A DNA stretch of 63,416 bases, the filler included, from Reticulomyxa filosa (Eukaryota; Protista; Foraminifera), in NCBI GenBank assembly GCA_000512085.1. It is 21 parts of 21 records of this genome, joined end to end, with 100 filler letters (N's around TTAATTAATTAA, not from the genome) between each part and the next. Parts side by side here need not be neighbours in the genome. Positions count along the whole stretch, not along the records: positions 21,655 to 25,738 come from ASPP01009461.1; positions 25,839 to 28,012 come from ASPP01001368.1; positions 28,113 to 29,112 come from ASPP01043593.1; positions 29,213 to 33,708 come from ASPP01006910.1; positions 33,809 to 37,491 come from ASPP01011841.1; positions 37,592 to 40,988 come from ASPP01048288.1; 15 more parts are not named here. One strand, written 5' to 3'. The position numbers were made by a program, and so were the translations under genes. This document shows, piece by piece, positions 25,660-38,944 of the stretch; within the stretch, counting starts at the first letter, position 1, and each line of letters starts with the position of its first letter. Under the pieces are notes generated by a model. That model saw nothing but the letters and a program-made list of their open reading frames with translations. It searched no databases and was not told the origin of the DNA.

Positions 25660-26499
25660 TTCAAAACTGTCAAAACGAGAGGATAAAAACTAAAAATTAC
25701 GACCCCCACCGTTTTAGCGGTGTGAACGTTCAAAAGAANNNNNNNNNNNNNNNNNNNNNNNNNNNNNNNNNNNNNNNNNNNNTTAATTAATTAANNNNNN
25801 NNNNNNNNNNNNNNNNNNNNNNNNNNNNNNNNNNNNNNACAACTAAAATCTTATCAAACACAAAATAACTAAAGTAAATTAAGTCAATCAACCAATAGAA
25901 AAATAATAAACTCTATAAAACATCAAAATAATTCAACAAATTTCACCAATGTGTTTGCAATTCATTGTCTATCGTCACATGCTGATTTGGTCACTTCGAA
26001 TTTTTTGAACCACTTTCATTTTTTTATAATCCTTAGTTCTTGCCTTCTATATAACAAATTATTTTTTAATTCTCTATTTTATACTTAAGAATTGCATAAT
26101 ATAACAAAAAGTGAGTTTTACAAATCCATTTATATATGTTCTTAATCTCTTTCAAAAATTTTCGCTTTTCTTTTTGTTTATCAAAAAAGGACAAAGCATG
26201 CGCAATACAAATGATGTACTAAATATCAAAAGCGTGAGCTATATTAACCAATTCTTGTTACCGTACAACCATTGAAAAAGAAACTATCAACTCCCAAGCC
26301 ACCAAGATGGCTCGAGAAAGATCCAAGTGATGAACCAAAAATAGGCCAACAAAGAACTTGCTGATGTATTAACAGATTTGAAAGATCTATTCAATATTAA
26401 ATCAACAAAACTAAATCTGCGTGAAATTAACAAACATTTCGAATTGGCTCGAAACATATTTACTGATTAATTCGAAAAATTTCAACAAAAGATAGTGAC

Positions 26500-27706
26500 A
26501 AGTTTTAATGCAAAGAATGATTGTTACAATATTTCAACCATAAATGGAATCACCATAACATATTTTGGAGTGATTTGTTGATGATTGCCTGATTCACTTG
26601 ATCCATATAAACAATTTGCCAAAAATAAGCAGCAAGCCATTCTTGAAATATCAATGAGGAAAATACATAGGATCCATTGGGTGTGATGGGTGCATTGATT
26701 CTTGTCCTTGTAAAAATCCAAATGAATTGATTCGAGATATTGAGAAATTACTGAAATATCTTTGAGTGGATATTTACTTTAATAATATTTAATATTCTTT
26801 GTTGTATTTTACAAGAAATGACAGCTTGTCCACATTTTAATCCTTCCCATGCAATATGTGACAAATAATCCATATCCATTTCAAAAATGGTAAATATCTT
26901 TTCTTTATTTGATTTTGATGTTATTTCATTTGACTTCATCCAATTCCATTTTATATAACTTTTCAATAATGTTTCATACACTTCGAAAGAGACATATTAT
27001 CCAATGATGGTGATAATAATTTGTTTTGTCTTGTCAAATAACAAAATAAACGCAAATGCACATTGTGGAACATGCAATACATTGAAAGTCTTTGACTATT
27101 GATTTTTAATATCTTCTTTGTTGTCAAAATAATCACAAGTTTTCTCAAAGAAATGTGTATAACCATTAAAATTGGTCATTCCACATTTGATATTCTCCCC
27201 ATAAATATACAACTCTTTGCAATAATACACTTTTTCCACTTCCAGCTTCTCCACAGATACTATGTGATCCATTTTTTGTATACATAAAACGAAAAAAATA
27301 ATTTAGACTTAATCCATTAATACGCTTGCATTAATGCAAATCTAGTTAAATAGAAAATGATAAATACTGTTCTAAATATATTATTAACCACTCCAAAGTG
27401 GATGGAATGTTGATTTTGTTCAATTGCATCGTCATCCTTCAAGAGATCGATACTATTCTTCATTTGTAAAATCAACACAATATATTGTGTAGCATTACTC
27501 CTTGCTGATACTCCCTCTTGACAAATATGTGTAAATTCATCTCCTACTTAAACGTTACCTCACGTATACATATTAATAGCAGAAGCATTGTCATCATAAT
27601 CATCACTTGCAGGACTATTGCTATCATCCCACACATCATTGTTTTTTACTTTTTTTTGTTTTCTTTTCTTCGTCCTTGCGTATAATAAGCGTGACTTGTT
27701 CTCCAT
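26500..27706 (-). pseudogene. Decayed NACHT/STAND NTPase gene
   Basis: Fragments YETLLKSYIKWNW, LSHIAWEGLKCGQAVISC, YVFSSLIFQEWLAAYF (winged-helix F.H..FQE..AA motif) and PKYVMVIPFM, with many stops and frameshifts. Confidence 0.65.
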
Positions 27707-28445
27707 TTACTTTTATCTCAAATTTTGTGAAACTATGTTGACCAAATCGAAACTTGTCAGTCGCTTATGAAATAGACCCAATTTTTTTTTGTAATTGTTA
27801 TAAAGAAAAGTGTTTTGAAAAGATGAGCATTCATTCAAAAGACTTGACGCAACAGATCGAACAGTCAGATGTATAGTTTTAACTCAGACACCTTATTCAA
27901 AAAGTAGGAGTATCATCAATTGATATTATTTGACGACATTGTGTGAAATATGGCGCTTCTTTAAATTGTAAATCTTTAGCAGATGAAGATGATGAATAAT
28001 AAATATATCCATNNNNNNNNNNNNNNNNNNNNNNNNNNNNNNNNNNNNNNNNNNNNTTAATTAATTAANNNNNNNNNNNNNNNNNNNNNNNNNNNNNNNN
28101 NNNNNNNNNNNNTGCGTGCTTTCCTTTGCACAATACATTTCATCCAATGCAGAAAGTGTTTCATGTTGAATTATTTTGCAATTATTGTAGAAAAAGAAAT
28201 CACAAATCAGAAAATTGTCATAAAATCCAAGATTACATAAATGTTATCTTTTCCATTGATCATTGAAAAATAAAAAAAAAAAGAATATATCATCGTTTGA
28301 ACTGTGATTTCTAAGAAAACAGCTTTTCTAACATTGACTAAGTAAACAAGACACAAAACGAAAACCTACATTTTTCCAATCCAAAACGAAAAAATTTTTT
28401 CTGGCACAAGAATGATATAACGAAAGAGGAAATCGATGGTGATGG

Positions 28446-29112
28446 TTACAAGGTCTCCTCTGTGACAACTAGTTGGCCAATCCCTAAGGCCCAAGGTTTT
28501 ATATGTTGATCGACAAAAATAGTGAAATTAGTATCAGTGCTGAAGAAGCTGTGATAATTGTGATGTTCGTGTTTATGTTTGTAATCGTTTGTTGTCGGAG
28601 CGATTTCATTTTGAGTAGTATTTTTTTTGGAGTCAGAGTTGTGGCTGTGAAACTCATCGATTTTTTGGAGCAAGTCAACAAGAACCTCACCACCTTTTTG
28701 GTTGAGCAGTTGCGATTCGGTGTTGAACCGCAAATCGACTTCCCTCAAAGCCAAGTGTTGAGAGTGCTTGATGCACAGATCGTACAAAGCAATGCAGCAC
28801 TGATTGGACAAATGTTTGGAGTGCGTCAAGGCAATCTTTTTGATGTGATAGAAGTGAGGTCCATACATGTACCCTACGCTAATAAGTTGCATTAAACATA
28901 GCCACGAATGATCGGTTAAGTTAGCCTCGTAATGCAACTGAATGGACTCCAACGCAATGAGAGCAGCCGTTCCTTCGTTGGAGTCCTCAGAGGAAGCATT
29001 CGGCGAACGCAGGCGCTTAAACACGTATTCGTCGCGTGTTTGATAATACGAAATGGCCTTTGAAACGAACTTGCGAACAAATAATTCAATAAATGCATCA
29101 TTGAGTTGGCAA
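28446..29112 (-). CDS. Hypothetical protein, C-terminal fragment (possible LRR-like strands)
   Basis: Open frame from the contig edge, with LxxLxL-like segments (LESIQLHYE, LREVDLRFN). Confidence 0.5.
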
Positions 29113-29436
29113 NNNNNNNNNNNNNNNNNNNNNNNNNNNNNNNNNNNNNNNNNNNNTTAATTAATTAANNNNNNNNNNNNNNNNNNNNNNNNNNNNNNNN
29201 NNNNNNNNNNNNTTTATCGTTTGAAGTTTTTTATATACTCTTTTTTTCAAATAACGTTATCCAGATCTGCAAAAATATATACTCAATTTAGTTTTGCTGC
29301 TACTACGTTATATTCATGAAAACATTATCGCACTAAAATGATCCGTTCAATTTTCTTGAAAAAAACAAACATTAATTTGTTGCAAACCAAGTAAAGTTTC
29401 TGTCTGAGCTTTTTTGAGCCAATATTTTGTGTGAGT

Positions 29437-30760
29437 ATGCAAAGAGCTGTTTGCCGTGCTCGTAGCACCATATCGCCTCCGAATGTGAAAATAATTGCTG
29501 TTGAAGGAATTATTGGTGCTGGAAAATCAACTCTACTGCACAATTGGAAAAAAAACACTAGTCAAAAAAATGCTCTTATAGTCCCCGAAGATATTGCATC
29601 ATGGAAAAATGTGCGATTTTGGAATAAACCTGGGGCTGTAGATGACGAAATTGGATATCCATACACAAGCAATGGAATCAACAGAATCAACGGAATTAAT
29701 GGAATTAATGGCGTTAATGGATTTAATGGCATTAATGGATTTAATAGCATTAATGGAGTCAACGGAATCAATCTTAATAAGAACCATATAATCCAAAACC
29801 ATAGCGCAGAAGATGACAAGTACAATTTATTAGCACAAATGTATGCTGACGGGTCTCGATGGTGTTTCACTTTTCAAGTTCTTGTTTATTCATATTTATC
29901 TCTACTCTTTCATTTTCTGGTGATGGCTAAAGAGACAAGAAATTTTTGGAAAATTCGTGTCTTCTCACAAGAAATTTTTTCCGCTTTTTCAACCGAAATA
30001 AAAGGAAAATAACAACAATTAAAACACAACAATAAAAACTTCAATTAGTCCAAAAAATCAATGACATATGAATTGAGGTTGAAAAAGTTGAGCTCCTTTT
30101 TTCCCCTTATTTTGTGTCTTATATCCTCTTGCAGTGTTATATTCATTTGTTGAAGTGTCGCACATTTGATTATGTAACTTTGCAACTCAACACTATCAAA
30201 TGTTATGTGTGACGAAAATAGGATACACATGTAATGGAGAGGGGAATGAGCAAGTAAATAAACAAATACAACAAATAAACGTTCAGACGTTCGTTTTACA
30301 AACGTACGCAGCGAATGTTGAGCGCGCCTTGAAGCAAACGCAAGGAAAACGAGAGAGTTGTGTGATATTGGTTGAGCGTAGTATGATTAGTAACTTTATG
30401 TTTGCATCATTTGTTCGCAGTCAAAGAAAAATCAAATCAATTGAATGGGAAGTATATCAACATTTATTTTATTATTTTTGGAGTAGATTGCCACCACCTG
30501 ACGGTTTCATTTTTTTGAATACGAGTGTCGACACTGCCATGGCTCGTTTAAGTCAAAGAAATAGAAAAGGTGAAGTTGGTGGCGTTACTTCTGAATATCA
30601 AAAAAAACTGCAATCATACCTTCATTCTTATGAAAGGGAACTACACGGATATGGACTACCCCTCACAGAACAGGATTTGAGTAACACAAAATACGCTGTC
30701 AAAAAGATCGACTCTTTTGCAAATACATTAACTAAAATTAAAAAGAAAAAAAAGCGATGA
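29437..30760 (+). CDS. Deoxynucleoside kinase, dCK/dGK/TK2 family (intron 29878-30286)
   Basis: IAVEGIIGAGKST P-loop, VPE...W, LL..MY....RW.FTFQ, ERS, PDGFIFL and lid RLSQRNRKGE. Confidence 0.92.
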
Positions 30761-31030
30761 GGGAGAATAATCGATTCGTTTCCGCAGATCGCAATACATT
30801 GTGCCCTCTTTTACTCGTAATATGATTTAGTTTTAGAGATATTTGTTGTGTTTCAAAAAAATTTTATTCTAAAGCGAACCAATACACAAGTCTTTGTAAT
30901 GACAACTTTATAAGTTAATAGTCAAATGTGTCAGGAAAAAAAAGTTTATAAACTTTCAATTTTAACTTTGAAGACCACAACAACAAAATTAACTGTTTTA
31001 TTCATTTTTACTGTGAGAAAAATAATCAAC

Positions 31031-32941
31031 TCAAAAAAGTCCAAAAGGATCATCATTGGTCTTCTTGGTAGTAGTACTAGTGTTGGCATTGGGTTGTCGA
31101 GTGTTTTTGACATTATTGTTCTGAGATGGCCCTTGCAGTCCGGTAAAAATATCATTGTTGTCACCAGCCACAGTTGTTGTGGTTGTCGAATTCATAAATC
31201 CAAAAGCCGATGTGTTATTGCTATTGGTGTTTCCAAAACTTAGACCGCCAAAAATGTTAGTATTATTATTGTTTTTTGAAGGAGGGTTAGCCGCAAACGA
31301 GTTATTCATCTTGCTACTGTCATTGAATCCAAACACAGTGCTATTATTGTTATTGAGAGAGCTTCCAAACATTCCTAAGTTGTTATTTGCAGTATTTGTA
31401 GCATTTGAATTTGTTGTAAATCCTCCAAACATATCCTTGTTGGGAGCGTTAACGAAGAGATTACTACCATTCATACTCATATTTGTATTAGGATTAGCAC
31501 TGATGTTCGGATAAGTATTAGTGTTAGGGAAAGTATTAGTATTGGGGTAAGTATTCAGATTAGTATTCATGTTGGAAAAAGTGTTAGGATTAGAGAAAGT
31601 AGCAGTGGTAGAGAAAGAATTGGCATTTGAGAGAGTGTTAGTGGAGAAAGTGTTGGCATTGGAGAAACTGTTAGTGTTAGAGAAGTTGTTGGCATTGGAG
31701 AAATTGTTAGTGTTAGAGAAGTTGTTAGCATTAGAGAAACTGTTAGAATTGGAGAAATTGTTGGCATTGGAGAAAGTGTTAGTACCGGAATTGGGGAATG
31801 TATTGGTATTAGTGTTGGGGAATGTGCTGGTATTAGTGTTGGGGAATGTGTTGGTATTAGTGTTGGGGAATGTGCTGGTATTAGTGTTGGGGAATGTGCT
31901 GGTATTAGTGTTGGGGAATGTGCTGGTATTAGTGTTGGGGAATGTATTGGTATTAGTGTTGGGGAATGTATTGGCATTGGCATTGGAGAACGTATTGGTA
32001 TTGGCATTGGAGAATGTACTAGTAGTAGGAAAATTGTTAATGCTGGGAGTAGCACCAACATTAGTAAAAGTGTTGACGTTAGGATTTGCATTCGTAGTTG
32101 GATTTACATTTGTATTGAGGCTTGTTGTTGTGTCGGTAGAATCAAAATCTAGAGAAATAGGCTGGTATCCGCCTAAAAGAGAAGTATTGTCGTCACCAGT
32201 GTCAAAACTCAGTCCACTAAACGGGTCATCTTTTGTATTTGAGTATTTAAAGTGTTAACATGTAATGCGAGTTGGAACTTGAGAGAGAGAGAGAAGGGGA
32301 AGAGAAAAAAAAAAAAAATAGTATAGAAGAGGAATTGCACTATACTGTCATCAAATCCAATTGTCACAGTAGATGCTTTTTTGACAGGTTGAATAGGCTG
32401 CGGCTGTGGTTGCGTTATAGGCATGGATTTGGACATGGAAATTGTCGAAGGTTCGGTTTTGATTTGGGCAGAAACATCTTTTTTCGCAATAAGTGATTTA
32501 CTTCCACTTTTTTCTGCGGACAAGGAAGGAATTTCATCAAAACCAAATCCTCCGAATGCCATACTGTCGTTGTCATTGGTCGTTTTCTCTTCGCTCGTCG
32601 ATTTGACGGGATTGCTCATTGGCACCAAATTTCCACTGCTCTTGTTCGGGTTTCCGAACATTTGCGCGGCAGTGGCAGTCAAGTCATTTTCTGTCTTTTT
32701 CATATTGCTGATACTTTCATCTTTTTTTATAGCATCTGACTTTGTAGTATCCAAGCCGATGCTTTTCTTTGCATCCAATGTAGCTGAGGAAGAAGAAGAA
32801 GACGACGACGAAGCGTTGGGAACAACTTTCCTATCAAATTCCTTCTCCAATATCGAGTTCATGTCATCTGGAACTGTTGTGATCTAACAATATATTTGTC
32901 AAAAAAGTACAATGTATACATTTATATATGTACATATGCAA

Positions 32942-32978
<37 letters not shown>

Positions 32979-33708
32979 TACTTATATATATATAACAGTG
33001 TAACCTATGTGATGCCCTCTCATATGAAACATTGAAGAGTGTTGATAACAAATCAAAACTTCTTCAACAGTTTTGGGAGACGCTTCTGCAATCGCACTTT
33101 TACGTGTAATAATATCCGAGCGATATTTTTCGAGATCATCAATCATGTGTCGAATAACACGCATAAACAACTACAACACAGACGTTAGTTCAAACTATCA
33201 AATAGGCATTATGCATACATACGTAATTCATGTAATATGTGATATGTGGATATGTGGATATGTAACAAACCGAAAGTTGATTTGAGGTTAAAGCATCGCT
33301 GGTGGCCAAAGGAATAAGTTTGGTCAAGATCTCTTCGGCGACTAATTGAGGCGAAACATGTTTGCCAACTTTTTCACAAACGCCCAGGACGGACATGAGA
33401 ATGGGAGATGATTTCGCTCGCTTCAGTAACTCCCACATGCTGCCCAAGACCTCATCTTTGATCGTATCGGTATCAAAATTGTGAAAGATGCTCCCCAAGC
33501 AACTCAATGCCTGCACTCGCAACACTTCTACTTTGGGAATAGCTTCCGGAGGCACATTCATTACACAAATGGCTTTGATTTTCGGCAGTATCATATTGCG
33601 TAGAGATCGATATTCAAACACTTTTTTTTCTGCCAAATCGGCAACTTGTTTTAGGCAAGAGCTTTGAATCGCCACATCACGTATCTGAAGACCCCTTTTT
33701 TTTTTTTT
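31031..33708 (-). CDS. SCYL2: SCY1-like pseudokinase 2 (SCYL2/CVAK104): HEAT region and disordered C-terminus (5'-truncated, several introns)
   Basis: YRSLRNMILPKIK...LRVQALSCLG...ILMSVLGV...ILTKLIPL...LTSNQ|FMRVIRHMIDDLE matches the SCYL2 HEAT repeats. The tail has DDPF motifs. Confidence 0.8.
31650..32020 (-). repeat. Coding minisatellites: 24-bp (TNT[N/S]TFPN) and 18-bp ([A/T]NxFSN) units
   Basis: About 7 near-identical gtattagtgttggggaatgt(g/a)(c/t)tg units plus 18-bp units, all inside the SCYL2 tail. Confidence 0.9.
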
Positions 33709-33897
33709 NNNNNNNNNNNNNNNNNNNNNNNNNNNNNNNNNNNNNNNNNNNNTTAATTAATTAANNNNNNNNNNNNNNNNNNNNNNNNNNNNNNNNNNNN
33801 NNNNNNNNGTTTTGTATATGTATATATATACTATATATATATACATATATATATATGTACACATATGCACACATACGTATACATATATGTATATAAG

Positions 33898-34768
33898 AGC
33901 ACTCCAGTGTGACCCTAAAAGCCAACCAGTATTGGTAACTGAGCCCACAATAAACTCAAATGCAAATCGCGAGAAAATGACGCAACTAATGTTTGAAACG
34001 TTTTCAGTTCCTCAATTTCAGATCGCCAACCAAGCAGTGCTGTCATTATTTGCGACCGGACGTGCCAGTGGCATTGTCGTCGAAAGTGGAGCGAGTGCAA
34101 CCTCGATTGTGCCGGTGGACGATGGCAACCGTGTAAGTTCAGCGATATTGCATTCGAGCATCACCGGCAGGGACTTGACGACCTATTTATTGGGCATGTT
34201 GACAAAAGTAGACAAAGTCTTTGAAGCAGACGACCTGAAAGAACCTTGTTCGTCTAATGCCAAAAAAAGAACAATTGCTCAAGATATTAAACAAAAGTTG
34301 TGCTTTGTAGCTGCAGACTTTGCCGCCACCGCAAAGTCCACAGATATTGAAAAACAATATCAATTACCTGACGGAAAAAATCTTTTGCTTAGCAATGTAT
34401 TGTATCAATGTCCGGAACCTTTGTTCCAACCGCATCTTCTTGGAAAGCAAGAGTTGGGCATTCACAAACTCCTTTGTTCGTCGATTGAAAAATGTGATCC
34501 TTATATCTGCAAGGTTCTGTATGATAATGTTGTCCTTGGCGGCGGCAATACTATGTTTCGCGGCTTGGACGAGCGGCTGAAAAACGAAGTTGTGTCTTTA
34601 GCGTCCCCCAACACACTAATCAAAATTGTCGCGGCGACCGATCGACAATTCTCTGCTTGGAAGGGGGCAAGCATCTTGTGCTGCTTGAGTATTTTTAATG
34701 ATATGTGGATTCTCTCTAAGGAGTATACTGATATTGGATCTTCTATTATTCATCGCAAACGCACTTAA
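33898..34768 (+). CDS. Divergent actin / actin-related protein (5'-truncated; preceded by an intron)
   Basis: PVLVTEP...NREKMTQLMFETF, QAVLSL, GRDLT, IKQKLCFVA, YQLPDG, VLGGGNTMF, AWKGASIL and SIIHRK. Confidence 0.92.
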
Positions 34769-36295
34769 TTCAACGTGCAAATATGCTCACAACTATTTTT
34801 TATATGCTTTTTTTTTTCTTCCAATTTCTATTTGTATATTGGAACAAGTTGTACTTGATAATGTTTATTCTCTGTTGTTTTTAGTCTTCACATAAAAAAA
34901 AAAGCATCATAAAACATTGATAAGCTATTAATAAAAACACGTCGCAATCTTTCATAGCTTCATGCTTTTTTTTTTTACGAAATAATATTGTTGCACACGT
35001 GCGCTAATAAGCTAGTCATGAAATCTACATGCCAATTAATTGAAATAACTGTACATAACATACAAACTTGGCACAATGTAAAACAATCGAAAATCAATTG
35101 TGATTTATGTCGTCATTAGTTTACATGAGCGCCATACCATATCGTTTGAACCAATATAAGTCTTATGTAAAATGTATTATAATTTATTTAAGACTTAGCA
35201 TACACTAATTGGCTAAGTCACAAAGTATATCCAACGTTGCCTAATGACTATAAAAAATATATACAAAACATATACTAACATTCGTATAAAAATTTTATAT
35301 ATACTAACTTTTAAAAAAAAAATAAAGCTGTCACAGTGTAAAGGCTATCAGTACAAACACTTGAATTTCGTCTTTTTTAATTTTGAAACTTTTCACCATT
35401 CCTTTTTCGTAGATATAAACATAAAGACAAGATTTAGTATGTATATGCCAAATGATAACGAATTTACATTTGAAATAAGTGGACCATTATTTGAAAGGGT
35501 GAAATTAGCAACGCAATGAAGTGTTCTTGTCAGTGACGACTTTGAAACGGAGGTGGGATAAAATGGTATTTAATAATGTTTACGAATGTTACACAAGAGG
35601 ATATGTATAATTAGCGAACAAAATTCAACATTTTATGCGCAATCAGTCCATGACAATTGCTTTACACTTGAGCTATTGAAAAAACTGTAAAAATTTAATT
35701 CAAAGTGATGTTGTGAATTATTGCGTTGACGGGACTGTTCTTTCACTAGTTCAAGCAACAACAACGAACAAAATGGAGGAAAAAAGCATCAAGTTATAGC
35801 CAAAATGCTCCAACTGATGAAAGACTTGGCAAAATATTATAGTGATGTTCATATGGACATGGAAGATTGTGGCAACATAAAGAGCGACTACATCGAAGCA
35901 AAAGAGTTTATGCGGTGGTTGAATAAAGAAATGAAATTGTGTGAGTACTTTCGCATTCTATGATCTTTGGAATTTGAGTTTGTTGTTCGATTTCACCAAA
36001 TGTGATTTGTGAGAGATAGTAGTTTGCAAAAAAAGTCATCGAATTAAATTGTTGAACATCATTCAAGCCCACAAAAACAAAATTAACAAAAAACAAGATA
36101 TGGGCGAAGAGATATGGCCAGAGATTTGTTTGTTTTTGGAAGAGAAGAACTGATACTACAAGACAAGAGTTAAAAGCACATGTTTCAAAAAAAGGTTTGC
36201 AACAACAGAAAGAGCTACTATCATATCAACATGCAGAATAAAAAATAAAAAAATATATATACATATACACATTTGTATAATATGTATGTATATTG

Positions 36296-37491
36296 TCAAA
36301 TAACTTGAAATAGCCTACGAAATTGAGGGGTCATACAAAGTTCACAAATATTGTACTTTGGTAATGGCTGTTGTTGTTGCTGTGGGGTTGGTGACAAATG
36401 CTTTTTGTTTTTTTGGTCAACTTGTATGTTGAAATGTTTCTTGAATCTCTTAGAGTCAAATGTTTGCTCCTCCATATTTCTTTGACTACACTTCTGGCAT
36501 ACCCACACTTTTTGAGCTGGAAAGTTGCATCCGTGTCTGCTCATCCATTCTTGATTTTTGTCAAAAGGCGCAAACCAGTACGAATATCTTTGATTGTCAT
36601 AATCTTGTGCCTTGTCACAATCTTTTTTTTTCAAAGTTAAAGTTGGACTTGTTATAAAACGAGCAAAAAAAAAAAATATATATGTGTATGTGTGCACATA
36701 TATTAAACAATTGAAAACAAAACAAGTCTGATGTCGTTGCCAATTGCTTCTGCCAACAAACTCGCTTTTGCAATGACGACAAACAATTTTGTACTCCGGG
36801 CAATCGAAAGCCCAATGCTCAGATTGACGACATCTTGGGATCTTTGCGAAACACAGCTGACATTGAATAAGCACATTTGGACAAATGTTATCACAATGAT
36901 CCGACATGAACGCTTTCGGAACGAAACTTGCACAGTGCACACATTGCTGACGTATGGTGGATACGTCATTATATTTGCTGTCCTCTGCATATGTGACAAC
37001 AGGAGACGGAGAAGCCCACTGCGGAATCGTGTGCTGAAAGGTGACGACAATGTTCATTTGTTGGGCTTTGTCTTTGAACACCTGTTCGCAAAGCAAAGTG
37101 TACAACGGGGCATACTTTACAATTTGATTGGCTGGCAGCAAATGCCACTCTTTGTATTGATATTTGCGTTGCATCCACAACGTCCTCCGAGAACAGACAC
37201 GCAGATGAGTGCCGACGTGATTTCTGTATTTCACGCGAGTGCAAAGGTTTTCCAATCGCAGCTCTTTCAAATGTGTTAATTGCTGCAAACTTTTCAACTG
37301 ATGGATGCTGTAGACCCACTCACATTTGTCCGTGCATAATGCTTCCAATGACGAAGAATAACAACGGCCAATTGTTTCCAACACTTTTGCTGTCACATTC
37401 ATTCCGCGCAATGTCAATTGTTTTAACAGACGGTCTTTTGGTCTCTCCACTTCACGTTTCGCTTCTCTTTTTTTCCCCTTCCCCCCCCCCC
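36296..37491 (-). CDS. LRR-like protein with TRAF-type zinc fingers (partial)
   Basis: LKQLTLRG and LKELRLENL strands; CxxC-x11-H-x4-CP repeats; C-terminal WVCQKC...CELC. Confidence 0.65.
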
Positions 37492-37602
37492 NNNNNNNNN
37501 NNNNNNNNNNNNNNNNNNNNNNNNNNNNNNNNNNNTTAATTAATTAANNNNNNNNNNNNNNNNNNNNNNNNNNNNNNNNNNNNNNNNNNNNAAAAAAAAA
37601 AA

Positions 37603-37633
<31 letters not shown>

Positions 37634-37700
37634 AAGGTACGTTCAATCATTCCCCCCCCCCTTTTTTTTTAAAAAAAAAAAAAATTGAACTCATGTGACA

Positions 37701-38372
37701 CTAGACAAACATGCGTTTACCAAGACAAACAAGAAATGCGAGCAGGGCCAATATGGAAAGACTCTTGTGTTTGTGGACAGAAGAATAAATAACCAGTGGT
37801 ATGAAGAGAACAACAATTGATACCAATCCATCCAACCAAAAGCTGCTCAGCCAACTCTGCAAACCCTTTCGAAGATGTGGGCTTGAACCAAGTATGTCAT
37901 GCATGGTCGTTGATATCAACTCCACCATGAACAATACCAGTACCACACTCTGCAAAATTGACATCAGTAGTAACAATCCAATACTCACATTTTCGTGTCT
38001 TTTTCTTATTGTGTATGATAACATATTTATTATTTTTTTTTTATTGATGAAATTGAAAACGTGCGCATACACATGAATATGTATTTACATATATATATGT
38101 ATATGTATATACTTGTAGCTATTAGTATTGGTTAAATAACAACTATGAGCTATGATAGCGTGACAGTACATCATAACACAAGCACAAAAAATTATTAGTA
38201 CAATTCCCATTTGACGCTGTCCACACACACGAAATGCCCACGGTACTATTGTTATTGTTCCGTTCAATAGTATTCTTATTATATTTGTCGTTGTTCCTGC
38301 AAGGCCATTTGTGTTTGAACTTGAAGACACCAGACCAATAGAGCTGAATATATCAACCCGTGGTTGTTCCAT
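37701..38372 (-). CDS. Amino-acid transporter, AAAP/SLC38-like, N-terminal part
   Basis: TTTNIIRILLNGTITIVPWAFRVCG..MGIVLII...SY pattern of Aa_trans TM1-2, followed by more TMs. Confidence 0.6.
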
Positions 38373-38944
38373 ATTTGCATCATCAACAATGTAAAGAATT
38401 TTCCAGAAAAAAACCCTTTTTCTCGCGTTGTGTGTCTCTGATGTTGTTTTAGTCCTGCGTCAACTTGGCCCACATTAAACCAGCAACAAATTCCAGTTTC
38501 TTTTAAGACAATAAAAGAATTGCAGAAGATTAAATCTGTATGCATTTTGAATGGGATACGTGATTGGAAGAGATATCAGTATTTCTATATGAGCGTATAA
38601 ATTTGTAAGATTGGACCACTGTTGTAATATCACACAACTACAAAAATAAAGCCTTTTAAGAACATGAAAAGAAGGGGGGGGGGGACAGAAAAAATAAAGT
38701 AAACCAAGATAAAGTTAAACCAATAAAAAACAAAAAAATTAAAGTGGATAAAAATCAGTTGAGGCAACAACACAAAACTCCTCTTACAAAGGGATCAGTG
38801 GCAACAACCAATTGATGAAAAAGAAAAAGTTTTTTTTTTTTTTTTTTTTTGGAGTTGAAGATGTGAAGAGAAAAAAAGATCACTGCAAAAATAAAAAAAA
38901 AAAAAAAGGAATGAGAGATGAGGGGAGGAAAAAAAAAAAAAAGA

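Noticed and set aside
26500-27706. Stop-codon reassignment as an explanation for in-frame TAA/TAG
   Set aside because: Intact genes have long ORFs in the standard code and end in TAA, TAG or TGA. Internal stops co-occur with frameshifts, which indicates pseudogenes.
31569-32258. 229-aa + strand ORF with LEKLL / VLVLGN repeats (LRR- or zipper-like)
   Set aside because: Antisense shadow of the SCYL2 Asn/Thr repeat tail.
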